This document shows, one piece after another, positions 1-16,029 of a stretch of 64,000 bases of DNA (positions are counted from its first letter, which is position 1; each line of letters opens with the position of its first letter). The notes below the pieces were generated by a model, which searched no databases, had not been told where the DNA came from, and saw only the letters and a list, made by a program, of their open reading frames with translations. The stretch is from Ramazzottius varieornatus (lineage: Eukaryota; Animalia; Tardigrada): contig BDGG01000010.1 in NCBI GenBank assembly GCA_001949185.1, positions 225,337 through 289,336 on the forward strand. The letters are read 5' to 3'. Both the position numbers and the translations under genes were made by a program.

Positions 1-1128
1 AGGCGGAGTTTGATCTTCAGGGCAAAGTCGCTGTTGGTGTCGTTGTGGGTGTGGTTCTTGTTGGGGTCCGTGTTGCCGTTAGCCAAGACTAGTGTACCAT
101 TCTCCGCCGTGGTGAAATGCAGGTGGATGGGCTCGTTGGAGTTCCAGTCGTGAGACATGGTGGCGTAGTTTTCGGCGCTCGTTGAAGTCGATCCACCCGG
201 ATACCCAACATGGACCACGTAGTGGCCGCCTCGCTGGGACCTGCGCCAGCTGGAGAAATCCAGCTGTTTACCATCGGGAGGAGGCTTCTCCCAGTTGTAG
301 GGCGTTTTCGTCTTTTCCATCGACAGCAATGTGTACATGTAGTCTAGGTTGAAATCGTTGCACTTGTTGCCTGCTCCGCAGGTACAGAAGTATCCTGTCA
401 GCGCTTTGTCGAGGAACCCGCATTTGTTGTAGACGTATCCACCACACGAACGAGTTAGATTACCTGAAAGCCGACCACGGTGGATTTACAGAAAACCAGT
501 CGGATATTCTGCTTTACTACGGACATCTTGTTACCTGTAGTTCTGTTGAGCATAACGCCACAAGATAGCGCCAGGCCTTGGTGACTGGTTGAGCAGTCAA
601 AGACTATCTCATTCTCGACGTCATTACGGCACGACCAGGCGTAATTCTCCTGGTTACAGACGTAACACGGATTGGGTGGCAGTTTAGGAGAAGCTTTGTC
701 AACTACTGCTGGTCCCTGCTGGCGGTGAACCAAAAACTTTCCTGGAGAACACCATAAGTTAGACTGAGTGAGACGGCTGCGGGTTCTGAGTCGATTCAGA
801 GTGTTTACTGAGAGGGCGACAGACGATCTGCTGGTGATCGTTTCATCAAGTGGTGCAGTTTTCCTTGTCATTGTATGGACACGTACGCCACTTGGGAAGC
901 GATCTTGAAATCCGACAGGATTTCTTTTTCACGTAGCGCACGCTTTCGGTATTATTGGCTGGAAAGGTGCGCCACTTTGTAAAACGCTCTTGTCGAGCGT
1001 GTTTGCCGGCCTCCTCCTGCAGACTTACCAGCAGAGTGATGAGCCGTCTGAGGATATTGAAAGCGTTCAGACCACGCATCGCACAACGTGGCCAGCGACA
1101 CTGCGATCAGCACGAGGGTGTTTGTCAT
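1..1128 (-). CDS. Ly6/uPAR (three-finger)-like secreted or surface protein with a long C-terminal extension; runs off the window start
   Basis: Spliced reading: signal peptide MTNTLVLIAVSLATLCDA, then PCYVCNQ...CRND...DCST...SCG|NLTRSCGG..NKCG...YFCTCGAGNKCN (CYxC start, C..CN end typical of LU domains); frame stays open to position 1. Confidence 0.65.
810..1013. repeat. Intronic palindromic repeat (CAAGTGGCGCAC family), two-stem form
   Basis: In an intron of the LU gene; ends CTCTTGTCGAGCGTGTTTGCCGG. Confidence 0.75.
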
Positions 1129-1807
1129 TCTGCCACCGAATGTCCGGTGTGATGTAGCCATACTTTGGACAGGCAAACTTGTTGGCTCGTCAGATCTGCA
1201 TGGAGCTGGTCAATAACTTTAGATACTACAAGGCCCAAGTATGTAGCAAGCCGACAAATGTTTCAAGCAGGAAGTATTTCAGCAAAGAAGAAGGGAAGGC
1301 CGCGAGAAAGCCGGCAGCTTAACCTTGACTTCACGCAAAGTACTCGTTGAAAACCTTAGTTCGACGATTCAGAAAGCAAATGTACATCTGGTCGGTTGTA
1401 GGTTTGCCTTTGAAACTCAACCTGTTGCCTAGAGCCTCTGACACACTATGGAATTCGATCTCACCACAAACATGACATATCCAAAACGGAGGGGAGAATC
1501 CAAACCAGATCGGGTATTCGTAAGTCGGCAACGAGGAATCATCGATGAGAAACGCCATCACACTTTTTTATATTTTAGCATTTCTATTTCTGCTACGGAG
1601 GTACCAAACCAGATACCGTACGTATGAGTATATCTGGGTTTTCCTAGGAATACACGAGACAATGAAAACAGATGAAAATTCACATTGCACGGGGTAGTTC
1701 GTGGGTTGTTCAGTCCCCGGTTCGAATTTATAGAAGGTAATTTGCATTGCGGAGAAAATCGAACACGTCTTTAGGCAAGCTTTCACTGCGTGGTTTCGTT
1801 GGGGCCT

Positions 1808-2381
1808 CTAGCCCGCCTGGATGACGGATTTGGCTCGTGCGTCAATCATGGAAGCCAAGCTCCAGCTGTTGCACAAACTTCCCGAACAGGCGCAGTAGTA
1901 GTCCGTGTCGCTGTAGCGAGTGCAAGCAGCATTTGGATCCGCTCCACAACTTCGCAGCAGAACATCTGAAAAACACAGGCAAAATATACCGCACTCTTAG
2001 CTTATCGAACATCATTGGGACAGCTGGAGTTTTGGGGAACAACTCATTTGGCAGAAACGCATTACCTTTGCCATTTCTGCGGGTCAGATAAGCTCCACAA
2101 GCCGACACCTTTTCCTCCGCACAGTCAAACACCTTATCGCTGGTCGCAACCGCGGCACAGTCCGGGAAGTTTGCTTGACCACAGGTGTAGCAGGGCACTT
2201 TAGCCGGAGCTAAGAAGAATTCCAACTGTCAGGCTTCCAGATACCGAGATATCGATCACCAAGTCCGTGAGTCGGACCGTGACCCGGCAGTGATGTTCTT
2301 ACCTGCACAAACTTGGCTTATGACGGCTGACACCACGATCACAAACATACCAGCTCCAGACAGGCTGGTCAAGTCCTTCAT
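1808..2381 (-). CDS. Ly6/uPAR (three-finger)-like small secreted protein, tandem paralog
   Basis: Three exons join in frame: MKDLTSLSGAGMFVIVVSAVISQVCA|APAKVPCYTCGQ...DCA...DCAE..SACG..|DVLLRSCGADPNAACT...YYCACSGSLCNSW...QAG*; Cys spacing and intron position match the neighbouring gene. Confidence 0.7.
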
Positions 2382-2809
2382 ATTTCTTGGCTTTTCATAC
2401 ACACCACAAGTCAATGTTCGTGTTCAAGCGAATGAGTATTACAGCTGATAGTGAGTACTCATCTAAGCGCGCTTTCCAACGGCGGTTGACGTGCCTTTTC
2501 AAAACGCCCAAAAATCTCAAGGCCGATTCTTCCGAAGTATACCTTCCTCGTCAAACAGTTCGTTGCCTGGAAAGTGCGACAAGGCCGGCACTAAACGGAT
2601 TAGGTATTTATCCACCCAAGGAAATTCCAACAAGTATATTTCAGAGCCCAACCTGTGCGAGCGAAAAAGCTGAAAGGAATTTTCGAAAACTGAACAAGCC
2701 AGTGAAAGACTATTCACGAATAAAAAACGGACGATGTATCATCAGAAGCAAATTCTGCTTTCAAATTTGGACATTTCTTACCAAAAAGCTGCGGAAACCA
2801 GTTCAAAAT

Positions 2810-5558
<2,749 letters not shown>

Positions 5559-5727
5559 TGCTTGGGGAAGAAAACTCGGAGTTTCGCAGTCTGGTTAGTG
5601 ACCTCCTTGACTATCCATGGGCACGACGGCCCATCGTCTTCTTCCCGCAAACTCGATGGCTTTCCTGAAATGTGTATACACGAGCTGTTCTTCGGTAGAA
5701 GAAGGTAGGAGGTTAAGGTTAGGGAAC

Positions 5728-6175
5728 TAATGATGAGCATTACATTTTACATTACATTACATTTTACATTACAGGTATTCTTTTACACGACATTACAACC
5801 ACGGGGAAGTTGTAACGTAATTGTAAAATGTAACTACAACTTTTACCTGCCAGAATCTGCGGTATTTTTGGGTATTTTGCCGCCAGAAATCTAAGATTCG
5901 GCTGACTTACGCGGAAAAATGTCAGAAACCTCCTGAGTATTTTGCAACCGTATTGTTATCTTTGTCTGGAAGACAATTACTAAGATCTATATTCTATGCA
6001 AACATAGACATAGCTGGTTCGTCGTTTTCGTCGGCGAATCGTCGCTCCTTGTCACTTTAAGACGTTACAAACCGCTCGGTCTGTAAAATGTAAAATAGTG
6101 TGAAATGTAATTACACTCTTACAATTACACTATTTTACGTTACACGGACCATCTGCGGTGTAAGGCTCATCATTA
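5728..6175. mobile_element. MITE with TIR TAATGATGAGCATTAC and subterminal TTACA/TGTAA repeats
   Basis: 16-bp TIR with 1 mismatch; near-identical second copy at ~15065-15421; no TSD seen. Confidence 0.8.
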
Positions 6176-6363
6176 ATGGTGTCAAACCAGCTGATCGGCC
6201 AAGCAATTCTGTGTTCAGTCAAATTTTCAATTCAAGAGCCTGCGTCGCTGCAGCGATTGGGATCGTAACTTCCGAATCCCGCAATATCATCCGAGATTTT
6301 TCTTCTGACTAGGTCTACAGCTCAAGCTGTAGAGGAAACTCTCTTCTATCTTCCTGCGATATC

Positions 6364-6411
6364 GATTTCAACATCTGGATCTAACGGTTGGTTAAATCCA
6401 GATGTTAAATC
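6364..6411. repeat. Short palindrome in the TMEM184C/KDM4 divergent intergenic region
   Basis: AACATCTGGAT...ATCCAGATGTT stem; a second 9-bp stem (TCTACAGCT-CA-AGCTGTAGA) lies at ~6314-6333. Confidence 0.6.
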
Positions 6412-6851
6412 CCCTCGTTATGACTGTACGCCCTCGCAATGTGGCGCCCCTACATTACACATGGCATGGACACTTATGACATGGCCATTGTGACATCACT
6501 AACATATCAACTTTAACGAAAAATTCAGAAGTTAGAACTTCCGATGGAAAAGGATCGCGATTTGAAACTTGCATTTGTTTTCTGATTCCAAAGGATCTCA
6601 TCGTGTTACTCCTGAAAATTCAGGTGCAAGACAGCTGGAAGACGGGATGGTAGGGCAAGAACAATAGCGCAACGTCGCCTGTCTACTTCCTGTACGTCTT
6701 TACGAACCACGCAATAGTCCGGATGACATGAGCTGATTCTGCCTTCTCGACCCTGTTTCGGTTGGGATTCGCCACTAATATTTTACTGTAGGTGTCCGGC
6801 TCCGTATTTTTTTGGATTGCTCTGAGGCAAGAACGTCGGAAGCTTCGAGAA

Positions 6852-9800
6852 ATGGCGAGAAACGGTGCGCCTTCATCAGCTGCTACATCGACCCCGTTGG
6901 ACTTCGAGCCTTACAATGATCCCAAGAATCCGAAGATCCTCACCTTTTACCCCACGATGGTACAGTTCAAGGATTTTGAGAAATACATACTGTACATGGA
7001 AACCCGAAATGCTCATCTGGGAGGAATTGCAAAGGTAAACAGGAATACCACTATTCGAACCATATTCACCAAACAATGTCTTGTTTATCGTCGTTTGATT
7101 GATTGAATGCACTATTCACACGAGCATTCGAAATTCTTAAATGTTAGAGGCGTGGTTGTTTCTCATCTGACATCACCGTAGTCCGGTTAGAGAAGGCAGT
7201 TTGGCCAGCTGGTTCAGTGACGTCATACTCTGAGCACCGCGCTGCTCACTATCAGGTGGTTACGCGAGACCGTCGTCTAACCGGAAGTGACTATAACTTG
7301 GCGTTTCATCCGGCTCTTTCTTACCTTTCCAGATTGTTCCTCCGAAGGAATGGAAACCGAGGAAGAGTGGCTCATACACCGACGTGGATGACATCGTAAT
7401 CTCGGGACCCATTCAGCAAGACGTCAGGCAGACGTCGAACCGAGGTGCTTACGATGTCCGGAACCAAGAAGTAGAGTCGATGACGGTTCGCGAACTTCGG
7501 CGTCACGCACTGGACAAGAATCTCGTCTACTCGTTCGCCGAAGAAATGGACGAGATTGAACGGAACTTCTGGAAGCAGCTGTCAATCAACCCACCGATCT
7601 ACGGGGCGGACTCTTCCGGGACCCTTTTCGACGAAGACTGCACGGTGAGACTGTTTACATTCTCAAACCATTCGGCTCTAAGATGTCTGTTGCTTCAGGT
7701 GTGGAATATCGCTAAGCTCGACTCAAAGTTGAACGCAATCGGCATGGCCGTTCCAGGTGTTAACACGCCATACCTGTACTTTGGCATGTGGAGAGCCTTC
7801 TTTGGTTGGCATACCGAAGATCTGGATCTGTATAGTATCAACTACATCCACGATGGCGCAGCCAAGTTCTGGTACGCAGTTGCACCGAAAGATGGAAGGC
7901 GGTTTGAACGACTAGCAGCTTGTAAGTGAACAATTTTGGCAAAGGAATGGTCGTCCTTTTGAATTACATACGTCCATCATTATTTCCAGCTCTGTTTCCG
8001 GCCAACTACAAACAGTGCAATTCGTTTCTGCGGCACAAATCGACACTCATCTCTCACAGTGTCATCAGGAGTAGCGGCATTCCCTTCGATAGAGTAACTC
8101 TAACGAGACTAGTTCCCATCAAACAAGACGTGGGTTAATGAACTGAACCAGATCGGTTTCCCAAGTGGCGCACATAGTCAGTAAACCGTAAAGAAAACGT
8201 GCGCCAGTGGAGATAACGACCTGGTTCGAATGATCTGCCCGCGTCTCAAATTGGGAATCTCTCGGTAAATCTATGTTCGTTCTCACAGATTATGCAGCAT
8301 GAGGGGGAAATCATCATTACTTTCCCCTACGCATACCACGCTGGTTTCAACTGTGGCCTGAACGTAGCCGAGTCCACCAACTTCGCCACAGAGCGATGGA
8401 TCGAGTATGGTAAATATGCCGCTCACTGCAAATGCGAACCGGACAACGTCAAGGTACGTGCACCAAAATTATTTGATGCTTCTTCTTGTTGGGTTGTACT
8501 TAATCTTCAGCTGCCGAGTGGCTTATTACTTTCAGATCGATATGAGCATTTTTGTCGAGAAATACCAGCCGGATCTTCTAGCGTCGTGGCTTGATGGCAC
8601 GTTGCGCGGCTCGCATCCCGAAGACGAACGAACCACCACCAAGCGACCACCTACCAGTGGTCCCTGGTCTGATCTCAAGTAAACTACCATGGGACCTATT
8701 CAGCAGTCTGTGCTCGTTAGCGACAGTTTCTCACCCGAGAAAAATATGGGAGCTCGGCAAACAAACTGCAGGATTGTTTTCGCAAGTGGCGCATTTTCTC
8801 AATATTACTGGCCCCAAGTGTGCCCCACTTGGAGAACCGATCTTGTCGAGTTTGTCCAAGTGGCGCAACGCAAGCTTTTGGCCAATACTGTAGTACTGAA
8901 ACTGTGCGCCACTTGGGAAAACGATCTGATTGCTTGTTTACCGAGATCCGATATCTCGTCATCGTCCGAAAAGCACATGTGTTCCAGTTATCTTTTGTCT
9001 GCAGGAAATCTGCGGCACTCGCCTTGACGGCTGGCCGGATGGGCATCATGAAGACCTCGCCGACCAAGACGCGGTCGACAAGTCCGAAAAAGAAGACCGC
9101 TGTCAGTCCAGACCACGGGCCGAGCACAGTCAGGCCGATGAAACGCGCTAGTTCGGATCTGTCAGAGCCTGACTCGAACAGACAAAAGTCTTCCAAGAAG
9201 AAACCCTCCAGTAGCGGCAAGCGCTCGTGTGGCGGACTGAAGAAGGACCTCGTGCCGTGTCCCACATCATACAAGCCTCTCCTTCCTGGTACTCCCATCA
9301 TGACTGTAGGACCGAAAGTCTTCAAGAAGGAACCGATAGATTCTTCTTCGAGCTCGGTAAAATCAGTGAAAGCTGTATTATTTCTACTCATACTTCAAAA
9401 TACGAAGCATACCTAAGTCGAAGTTCAGATGGGCACCTCCTTAAAATTACGTTTTCTGTTGCAGACGATATCCTCGTCGATGTTCCCAGTAAAGACAGCC
9501 GATCGCCTTTCAAATCTTCTTCGTCAACGCTTTGGCAGCTCGTCTTCAGCGTCCTCCACCACTTCTTCTCCAACTCCCTACAGGCAGCCTACTTCACCAT
9601 TCGAGCATGTCTCTTCCCCCTCTTTTCTCGAGTCGCCGTCTTCCTCCTCCGGCTTTTGCATGAGCATCTCTGAACGTGTCAGCCTCGGCCTCTCAAGAAG
9701 AAGATCTCCGGTCAAAGCCGAATCCCGGAACAGTGTCGAGGCCGTGCCCAAAGCCAAGGCCGAGCCCATTGTCGAGGCCGTGCCGCAGCACAAGAAGAAC

Positions 9801-10109
9801 CGCTCTGTCGGGGTCGTGCCGAGGCAGCTGGTGTCCGTGCCCATTTCGCTGCTTTGTGATGAAGGCCCAGTTGACTTATCCATGCCGCGCTCCATGTCAC
9901 CTCCTCTGTCAAGATCCCGTCATTCAAGTCCGCCACCCATCTTCTCCAACGACTGGTTCCAGATGTACCACAATATTCGGCGGCAGGCGGGAAGTGCTTC
10001 GACTTCCTCGTCCTCTGGTTCGCCTCCAAGTACAGACCCACGCCGGTACTCTCACAAAGGCAAGAAGGAAAGACCCCACGGGGCGATAAACGGCGTCCAT
10101 ATAATTTAA
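6852..10109 (+). CDS. KDM4: KDM4/JMJD2-family histone lysine demethylase (JmjN+JmjC, no PHD/Tudor seen)
   Basis: Jmj[14 protein letters not shown]...AHLGGIAK; PPIYGAD; [31 protein letters not shown]; FLRHK; [28 protein letters not shown]; CKC; low-complexity Ser-rich tail; exon phases join. Confidence 0.93.
8129..8245. repeat. Intronic palindromic repeat
   Basis: KDM4 intron; CCAAGTGGCGCAC...GTGCGCCAGTGG. Confidence 0.75.
8750..8949. repeat. Intronic palindromic repeat, two-stem form
   Basis: KDM4 intron; GAGCTCGGCAAACAAACT followed by two inner stems. Confidence 0.85.
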
Positions 10110-10404
10110 TTGAGGAGTATTTTTTCGTCTGTAAATGGTTCATCGTGAGCCTTCTTGGCATTGTTTTCTCTCTGGTTTCACTGATATTTTACCCAGGTTC
10201 ACTTTGTGATTAATCAGGCGAGCTGTCTTTATGGTGTTATGGTCTGTATTCTGCGCTTTTATTCATTTTATCTACCCCTATTCAGCTCTGGTCTTCGTTT
10301 GCAAGTGTGATTGGTTCATATCTCGCTTACCTCTTTTAGGCTTCGTGGCTTTTTTACTCACTCTTTCGTGAGCTCGAAATACAGTATGGCTCCAGGCAGT
10401 GGCG

Positions 10405-10585
10405 NNNNNNNNNNNNNNNNNNNNNNNNNNNNNNNNNNNNNNNNNNNNNNNNNNNNNNNNNNNNNNNNNNNNNNNNNNNNNNNNNNNNNNNNNNNNNNNN
10501 NNNNNNNNNNNNNNNNNNNNNNNNNNNNNNNNNNNNNNNNNNNNNNNNNNNNNNNNNNNNNNNNNNNNNNNNNNNNNNNNNNNNN
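10405..10585. other. Assembly gap (N run)
   Basis: Run of n characters. Confidence 0.99.
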
Positions 10586-11377
10586 TGCCTCCAGGTGTCC
10601 TCGAACGGAGGTGGTAAGTCATCGTTGGCGATCAGGGAAGAAGACTGATGGGTCAGCCATGGAATCGTGGCCCGTGCTGATGGCGCACCAAACCAGGAAG
10701 TGCGACAGGCTGTGATCCATCTCGTGTGAGTATTCCTTCATACATGACAGTCAGAGCAACACTCAGTCGTGCAATCTTGCACAGAAGACATGAAAGAGCG
10801 GTTCGAACAACGCATCACAGAGCTTTCAGACGGTTTCTGAGAAGCGTCGCGCGAATCGCAAAATATTATAATCACGTCGAGGTGCAATTCGTCCTGCCGC
10901 AACAGTACGAGTAACTTACCGGAGGAGGCCTTCCTCAGAATGACATCCAAGTACTCGCAGTTCCGTACGGCAGTACAAGCATTGCGAACGTACATTCACC
11001 GTGAGGTTGAACAGCATAACTTCGACGTAGTTTCCTGGATTTTACTAACTTTAACACGAACAAAGCCAGGAACAACAGCAGCAGGTACAAGGTTTTGGAA
11101 CGCGAGAACTGAAACGAATGATCCCAAAAGCGGAAAGCCAGATCAAATTTCAGAAAAGTACGAAAAAAACTTCAGACCCACAACAGAAAGGAAGACAACA
11201 AGAAACACTGGTCAGCAGGACATCTCTGCCAAGGGTGGCGCGTTCATAATCATTGGTCCAGCCATCCAAAGTATCGTTGACCTGAAAGAACTAAATAATA
11301 TTATGTCACCGAAAAAGACTGTTCAGTTTTTACAGTAGCAGAATAAGAGAGTATACACTGTACTTACCAAGATTCAT

Positions 11378-12805
11378 TCAAGTTCGAGACGTGGTGGTGG
11401 TAGTGGTGGTGGTTGTGGTCTTCTTGACGATGGTCGGTTGAGTCAGGGGAACCTGCTCGGCAATTACTCCTTTGGCCAGCTTCTTGTTACGACGACGCTC
11501 GCACAGGTAGATTACACTGCACAGGATCAGAACTTCCACCACGAATCCAAGGAAAGGCCAGAAGGCGTCCCACTTCCCTGCCGAAGAAAACGATGGTTGC
11601 TGACTGCTGAGAAGTTAGCAAGTGTTTCACCCAGATCGTCATCTCAAGTGACGCACGCTTTCGTTGTTATTGGCTGAGGGCGTGCGCCACTTGGGAAAAC
11701 AATCTGAGTGAAGTCATTTGCCGACGTCGCATTCCAACCCGATATTTTCCCTCAACAATCTTTCAGGAACTTACCGCAGACTACGAGCTCGACCACAGCG
11801 CTTTGGTTGCGATTGGCTTCGTTGAAGGCTGTGCACCAGTACTGTCCCGCATCTGATTCCTTGAGTCCCTTGATCTGCAGACTGGAGTCACGCGGGCCAC
11901 CCTTCGTGTAGTTTGACTCGATCTTTGTCCAGCGAGAGGAGTCAATCTTGTCGTTCGTGTTGTTCTTGTGCAAAAGGCCGGATGTACTGAGAGCTGCCTC
12001 AGTATAGTTAACGTTGTCGATCGTTCGGGACCAAATCACACGATCATCGTAGGCCTTCGTGATGTTGCAAGTCAGCCTCGCGTCGTCACCGAGCATCACC
12101 ACCTTTCGTTTATCCTTCAAAGACACCTCCACCGGAGCTAAAAAGATGAAAAATATATATGGAAGGCCGGTAAACAATCAGGATGATCGATATCTTCCAT
12201 GGCGCAGTTGTCTTTGTTACTAGTTGCGCCACATGATATAGTGATCATTCCGCGATTGTTGCCGGCTTCCCGCATAAGCTTCGGTCAACAGACCTCGGAG
12301 AAGCAGGTTACACCCCGGCGACACTTACGGTACTGGAGAGTGATGCTCGCGGACACATTCAGTATCTGGCCGGTGCTGCTGAAGTGGAAGATCGTGCACT
12401 GGTAAATGCCTTCATCGGCCAGCGTAATATTGGGCACGTCCAGCTGGAACTCCTCCGCGGCCTTCAGGGTTGGTTTGAAGAGGAATGGATCGGGAGTCAA
12501 CAGAAATCCTCCGGAAAGGAACCGACTCCACTGAGCACTTGTGACGTTCGCGAAAGCCTCGACGTATAGGCACTTCAGCGTTACGTTGTCTCCTCCTGAC
12601 ACGCTCATGATCGTCCCTCCAGCTAAATCCATAAGTGATGTCCCGTTGTAAGCCTTAACGACCACCGTCGGAACATTATCGACCGCTAAAACACAGGAAC
12701 ACAATAGGGACGAGTCAGTTGACAGAGAGGAAGCACAACGTTACCTGCGGAGACAGCCGCCACCATCGTCAGCAGAAGAAGCGTTACCAGCGCGGCACCC
12801 TTCAT
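11378..12805 (-). CDS. BSG: Basigin/neuroplastin-like two-Ig-domain type I membrane protein
   Basis: Signal peptide MKGAALVTLLLLTMVAAVSA; two Ig domains (DEGIYQC, DAGQYWC); TM WDAFWPFLGFVVEVLILCSVIYLCERRR with the intramembrane Glu diagnostic of basigin. Confidence 0.88.
11608..11725. repeat. Intronic palindromic repeat
   Basis: Basigin intron. Confidence 0.75.
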
Positions 12806-13585
12806 CGTTTTGAAGGACGGAGTCGTCTCAGCACGGCCTTTCCACTTCCGAAGCCCAAACCTACAAACAAACGGGAAACACACCGGCACAGGAAACGGGG
12901 TGAAAGGGAAGACGTGGAGTAGGAAGAACGACGGCTGGAGGAGAGGAAGAAACTGCCTTGCGCAACGGGAAAAATTGCGACAGTCCGCTGCTTCTCCGTC
13001 TCGCCGAAAATACGTCACCGTACGTACTGGATAAAACACAGTTACTTTTGATTTTGAGTTGTTTTGATACATACGACTGGTTACTGAGGTTACTTTAGGA
13101 TGGCCTACCAAACCATTCAATGGACAGCCGGTGCTCAGCAAATTATGTACGACTGTACGAGGGCGAAGCGGTACATTGGGTACAAGTTTCAGTGGTACGG
13201 CACCCTTGATGACCTATGATGACACGGGCGTAACAAGGCAGCCTCGTTAGTCCGCTTCGCTTTGCCTGGTGGGCGGAAGTCCAGTGCAGATTCGAGCAGA
13301 AACTGGCGTCAAAAAATTTTCCGTCGAACTTCCCGTCGAAGCTAACGTGTCGGAGCTCTGCTCTGTTTACATAGCACAACCACGAACAGAACCAGAGAGT
13401 CTTGCTGGCTCTCTGTCACATGTGTTCGTCTTGTTCTCACGTCATTCACAGGTTTCAACGATGGAGAGCCACCAAGACAAAGTATGGTACAAGATATCAG
13501 AGTAATTGGAAGAACGGAAACACCAGAAAGAATCTTCGGAGCATCGGCTATAAGTGCCACCGATAGCTCTCCAGTCGGTCAGCAT

Positions 13586-15716
13586 TCAGACGTAATTGCA
13601 GTCCTGCGTGAGAGCCTCCAACAGTCGTTCGGTCAGTGGCTTCAGCTTCAAGACTTTCGGATAATCCCTGCTTAGGACAAACAGTGTGTCGAGGCCGAGT
13701 GCAGAAAGCTCCGGTTCGTGACTACAAAATAACAAAACTTGCCATAACCATTAGTAACTCGAAAACTACTACCAGAAATGAAGGTAACATCTCCTTACGT
13801 CCGAATAATGTCCCGGACAGCAGATGGGAACTCCTGCAAAAACCCTAGACGCTCCTTGGCCCAGTAATAGTCGAGAGTCGAACGCAGAACTCGTCGTTCC
13901 TTGTCCGTCATTGGTTTTATGTATTTCCGCCCCAGTCGTGATAGCTCCGCCGACAATGCTTCAGCTTCGTCTTCCACATACCAGTATCGGGCGCCTACGT
14001 ACGCAAATCCTGGCTGGCAATATCCTCTGTCCATATGGCCGATATTGACAGGTTCCATCTCAGTTATATGGATGATCAGCAGACTTTTGATTAGCATGTC
14101 CGGCAGTGACCGAAACCAGTCGACACCCGTAAGCCAGCAGTTGCTCAAAACAAGGCGAAGTGGTCGGCTAGGCCAATTAGTATCCAAAAATCTTGACGGA
14201 GTATGCATGTAAAGCACGTCCCAAGCCGACAGCTGCACATTGGTCCACATGTAAAACGCCGGTGGATTGTCCGAGTTGATCACGCTCTGCTTTATTCTCT
14301 CAACCAACCACTACTCTCCTCCATACCAACAGTTGTAAGTCCCTCCAAATCCTGCCAATAAGAAAATGTGTGTTGCAGCTTCCATAGCTTTGGCCATCAC
14401 TACTTATTGACCTTTGCCGTTGGTGCCGGGCAGTAAACTTTCGTGTCACCGAGTATAGCCTAATGACGCAGTACGAGATTTGAATTGATGGCCCTCTAGA
14501 GTTTTGATCACGAACAATGGTGCATTCCGGACGTCAGATCCAACTACAGTCAAGACAAGGAGTTTTAAGGAACGCAGGTCTGGTGGCAGGTTTCCCGAGC
14601 ACAATACACAGCATGCGATAGAGAAAACATCCATTTGTCCGGTGATGTCGATTGATCATGGAAAACCATGATCCGTTCGGGAGGTAGACTTTTCAACGTG
14701 CAGTAGCACATTGATTGAAAATGAGTTGATCGGACGGAAAACAAGGAAGTACCTGTACCTCGCGAGCTCCGACATTCTGGACACAACAAGAATATCAGAC
14801 AATGCACTCTTACTGTCGATGGAATGAAAGATAATTACTGCTAGATTTTCCGTATTGCTGACCAGGCGCCAAAACTTGACAAACTTAGCGTTCAAAAATA
14901 ATCAGTCCATGATCAAAATCTGAAATGATATACTCAGACGGAACATTTCGAGGCAAACGATACAGCCACTGCCAGCCAAAGAGCATAGAATAGGCCTAAT
15001 CAGATCATCAGAGACTTTCTGACAGAGAGCCTAATCCATGCTCTCTGATACAGCCAGTTTGATTAAATGTAAAATGTAATTACAACTTTTACCTGCCAGA
15101 ATCTGCGGTATTTTTGGGTATTTTGCCGCCAGAAATCTAAGATTCGGCTGACTTACGCGGAAAAATGTCAGAAACCTCCTGAGTATTTTGCAACCGTATT
15201 GTTATCTTTGTCTGGAAGACAATTACTAAGATCTATATTCTATGCAAACATAGACATAGCTGGTTCGTCGTTTTCGTCGCTCCTTGTCACTTTTAGGTGT
15301 TACAAACCGCTCGGTCTGTAAAAGGTAAACTAGTGTAAAATGTAATTACACTCTTACAATTACACTATTTTACATTACACTTTACATTACACGGACCATC
15401 TGCGTGTAATGCTCATCATTAAGGGTACCTACAGGCCTAATGTACAAGGTGGGTAGCACAGAATAACGTTTCTAGTACTCAACTTACCAATCATCAATAT
15501 CCCACGGCTCCGCTGTACGCCTTTCTGGGCGGCGAACCATTCGTCGATGTTTCTCGCGAAGCTTTCGTCGATGCTCAGGACACCCACAGGGTCCTCATGA
15601 GCCTGCCAAAGCGTTTTTCGCGGTAGTGTGGCTAAACTAATGCTGAGGTGGTTGGTTTTGAACGCCTTGGTCAACACCAGTCGCCAGTTCTGCGAGACTC
15701 TGCAAGCGAACAGCAA
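13586..15716 (-). pseudogene. 5'-truncated, possibly F-box-like gene of unknown family (paralog at ~54.65-57.5 kb)
   Basis: Exon begins RVSQNWRLVL (like an F-box end); later exons give ORF 13795-14307 and last exon DYPKVLKLKPL...NYV*; no 5' exons found; apparent frameshift near 14895; MITE in an intron. Confidence 0.5.
15065..15421. mobile_element. Truncated copy of the TAATGATGAGCATTAC MITE
   Basis: Near-identical to ~5822-6175; right TIR GTAATGCTCATCATTA intact, left end missing. Confidence 0.8.
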
Positions 15717-16029
15717 GTTACAGCAGAGGTTTGGCTGCAGTAAAATAAAGGTAGCAGTCTTGTCCGGAAACGGATGGCTTCATGCCAGTTCGTGAAAAAT
15801 TTCGTATAATTGAAAATCGTTATACTGTAGGTCAAATATGACTCACCGCCGAAAGTCCAGGTTATCAAAGGGGGTGGTTCGACAACAAACTCACTGAGCA
15901 AATGTGTCGAAACATTCAACATCGTAAAGATTTTCAACTTTGAACATTTTGGGCATTGTTATAAATCTTTTACGTTCTTTGGCTTAACATATGCATCAAT
16001 CATACAGTATACAAAATGCACCCCTACTC

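Noticed and set aside
1331-1786. Possible extra exons or a small gene between the LU genes
   Set aside because: No recognisable motif and no consistent splice path found.
8717-10161. Long antisense ORFs opposite the KDM4 tail
   Set aside because: Shadow frames of GC-rich low-complexity coding sequence.
10586-10995. Exon-like sequence after the gap
   Set aside because: A GT-AG pair is present but upstream frames contain stops and the context is lost in the gap.
11282-11367. Intron just downstream of the basigin stop codon as an NMD switch
   Set aside because: The junction is only ~10 nt after the stop, inside the ~50-nt limit for exon-junction-triggered NMD.
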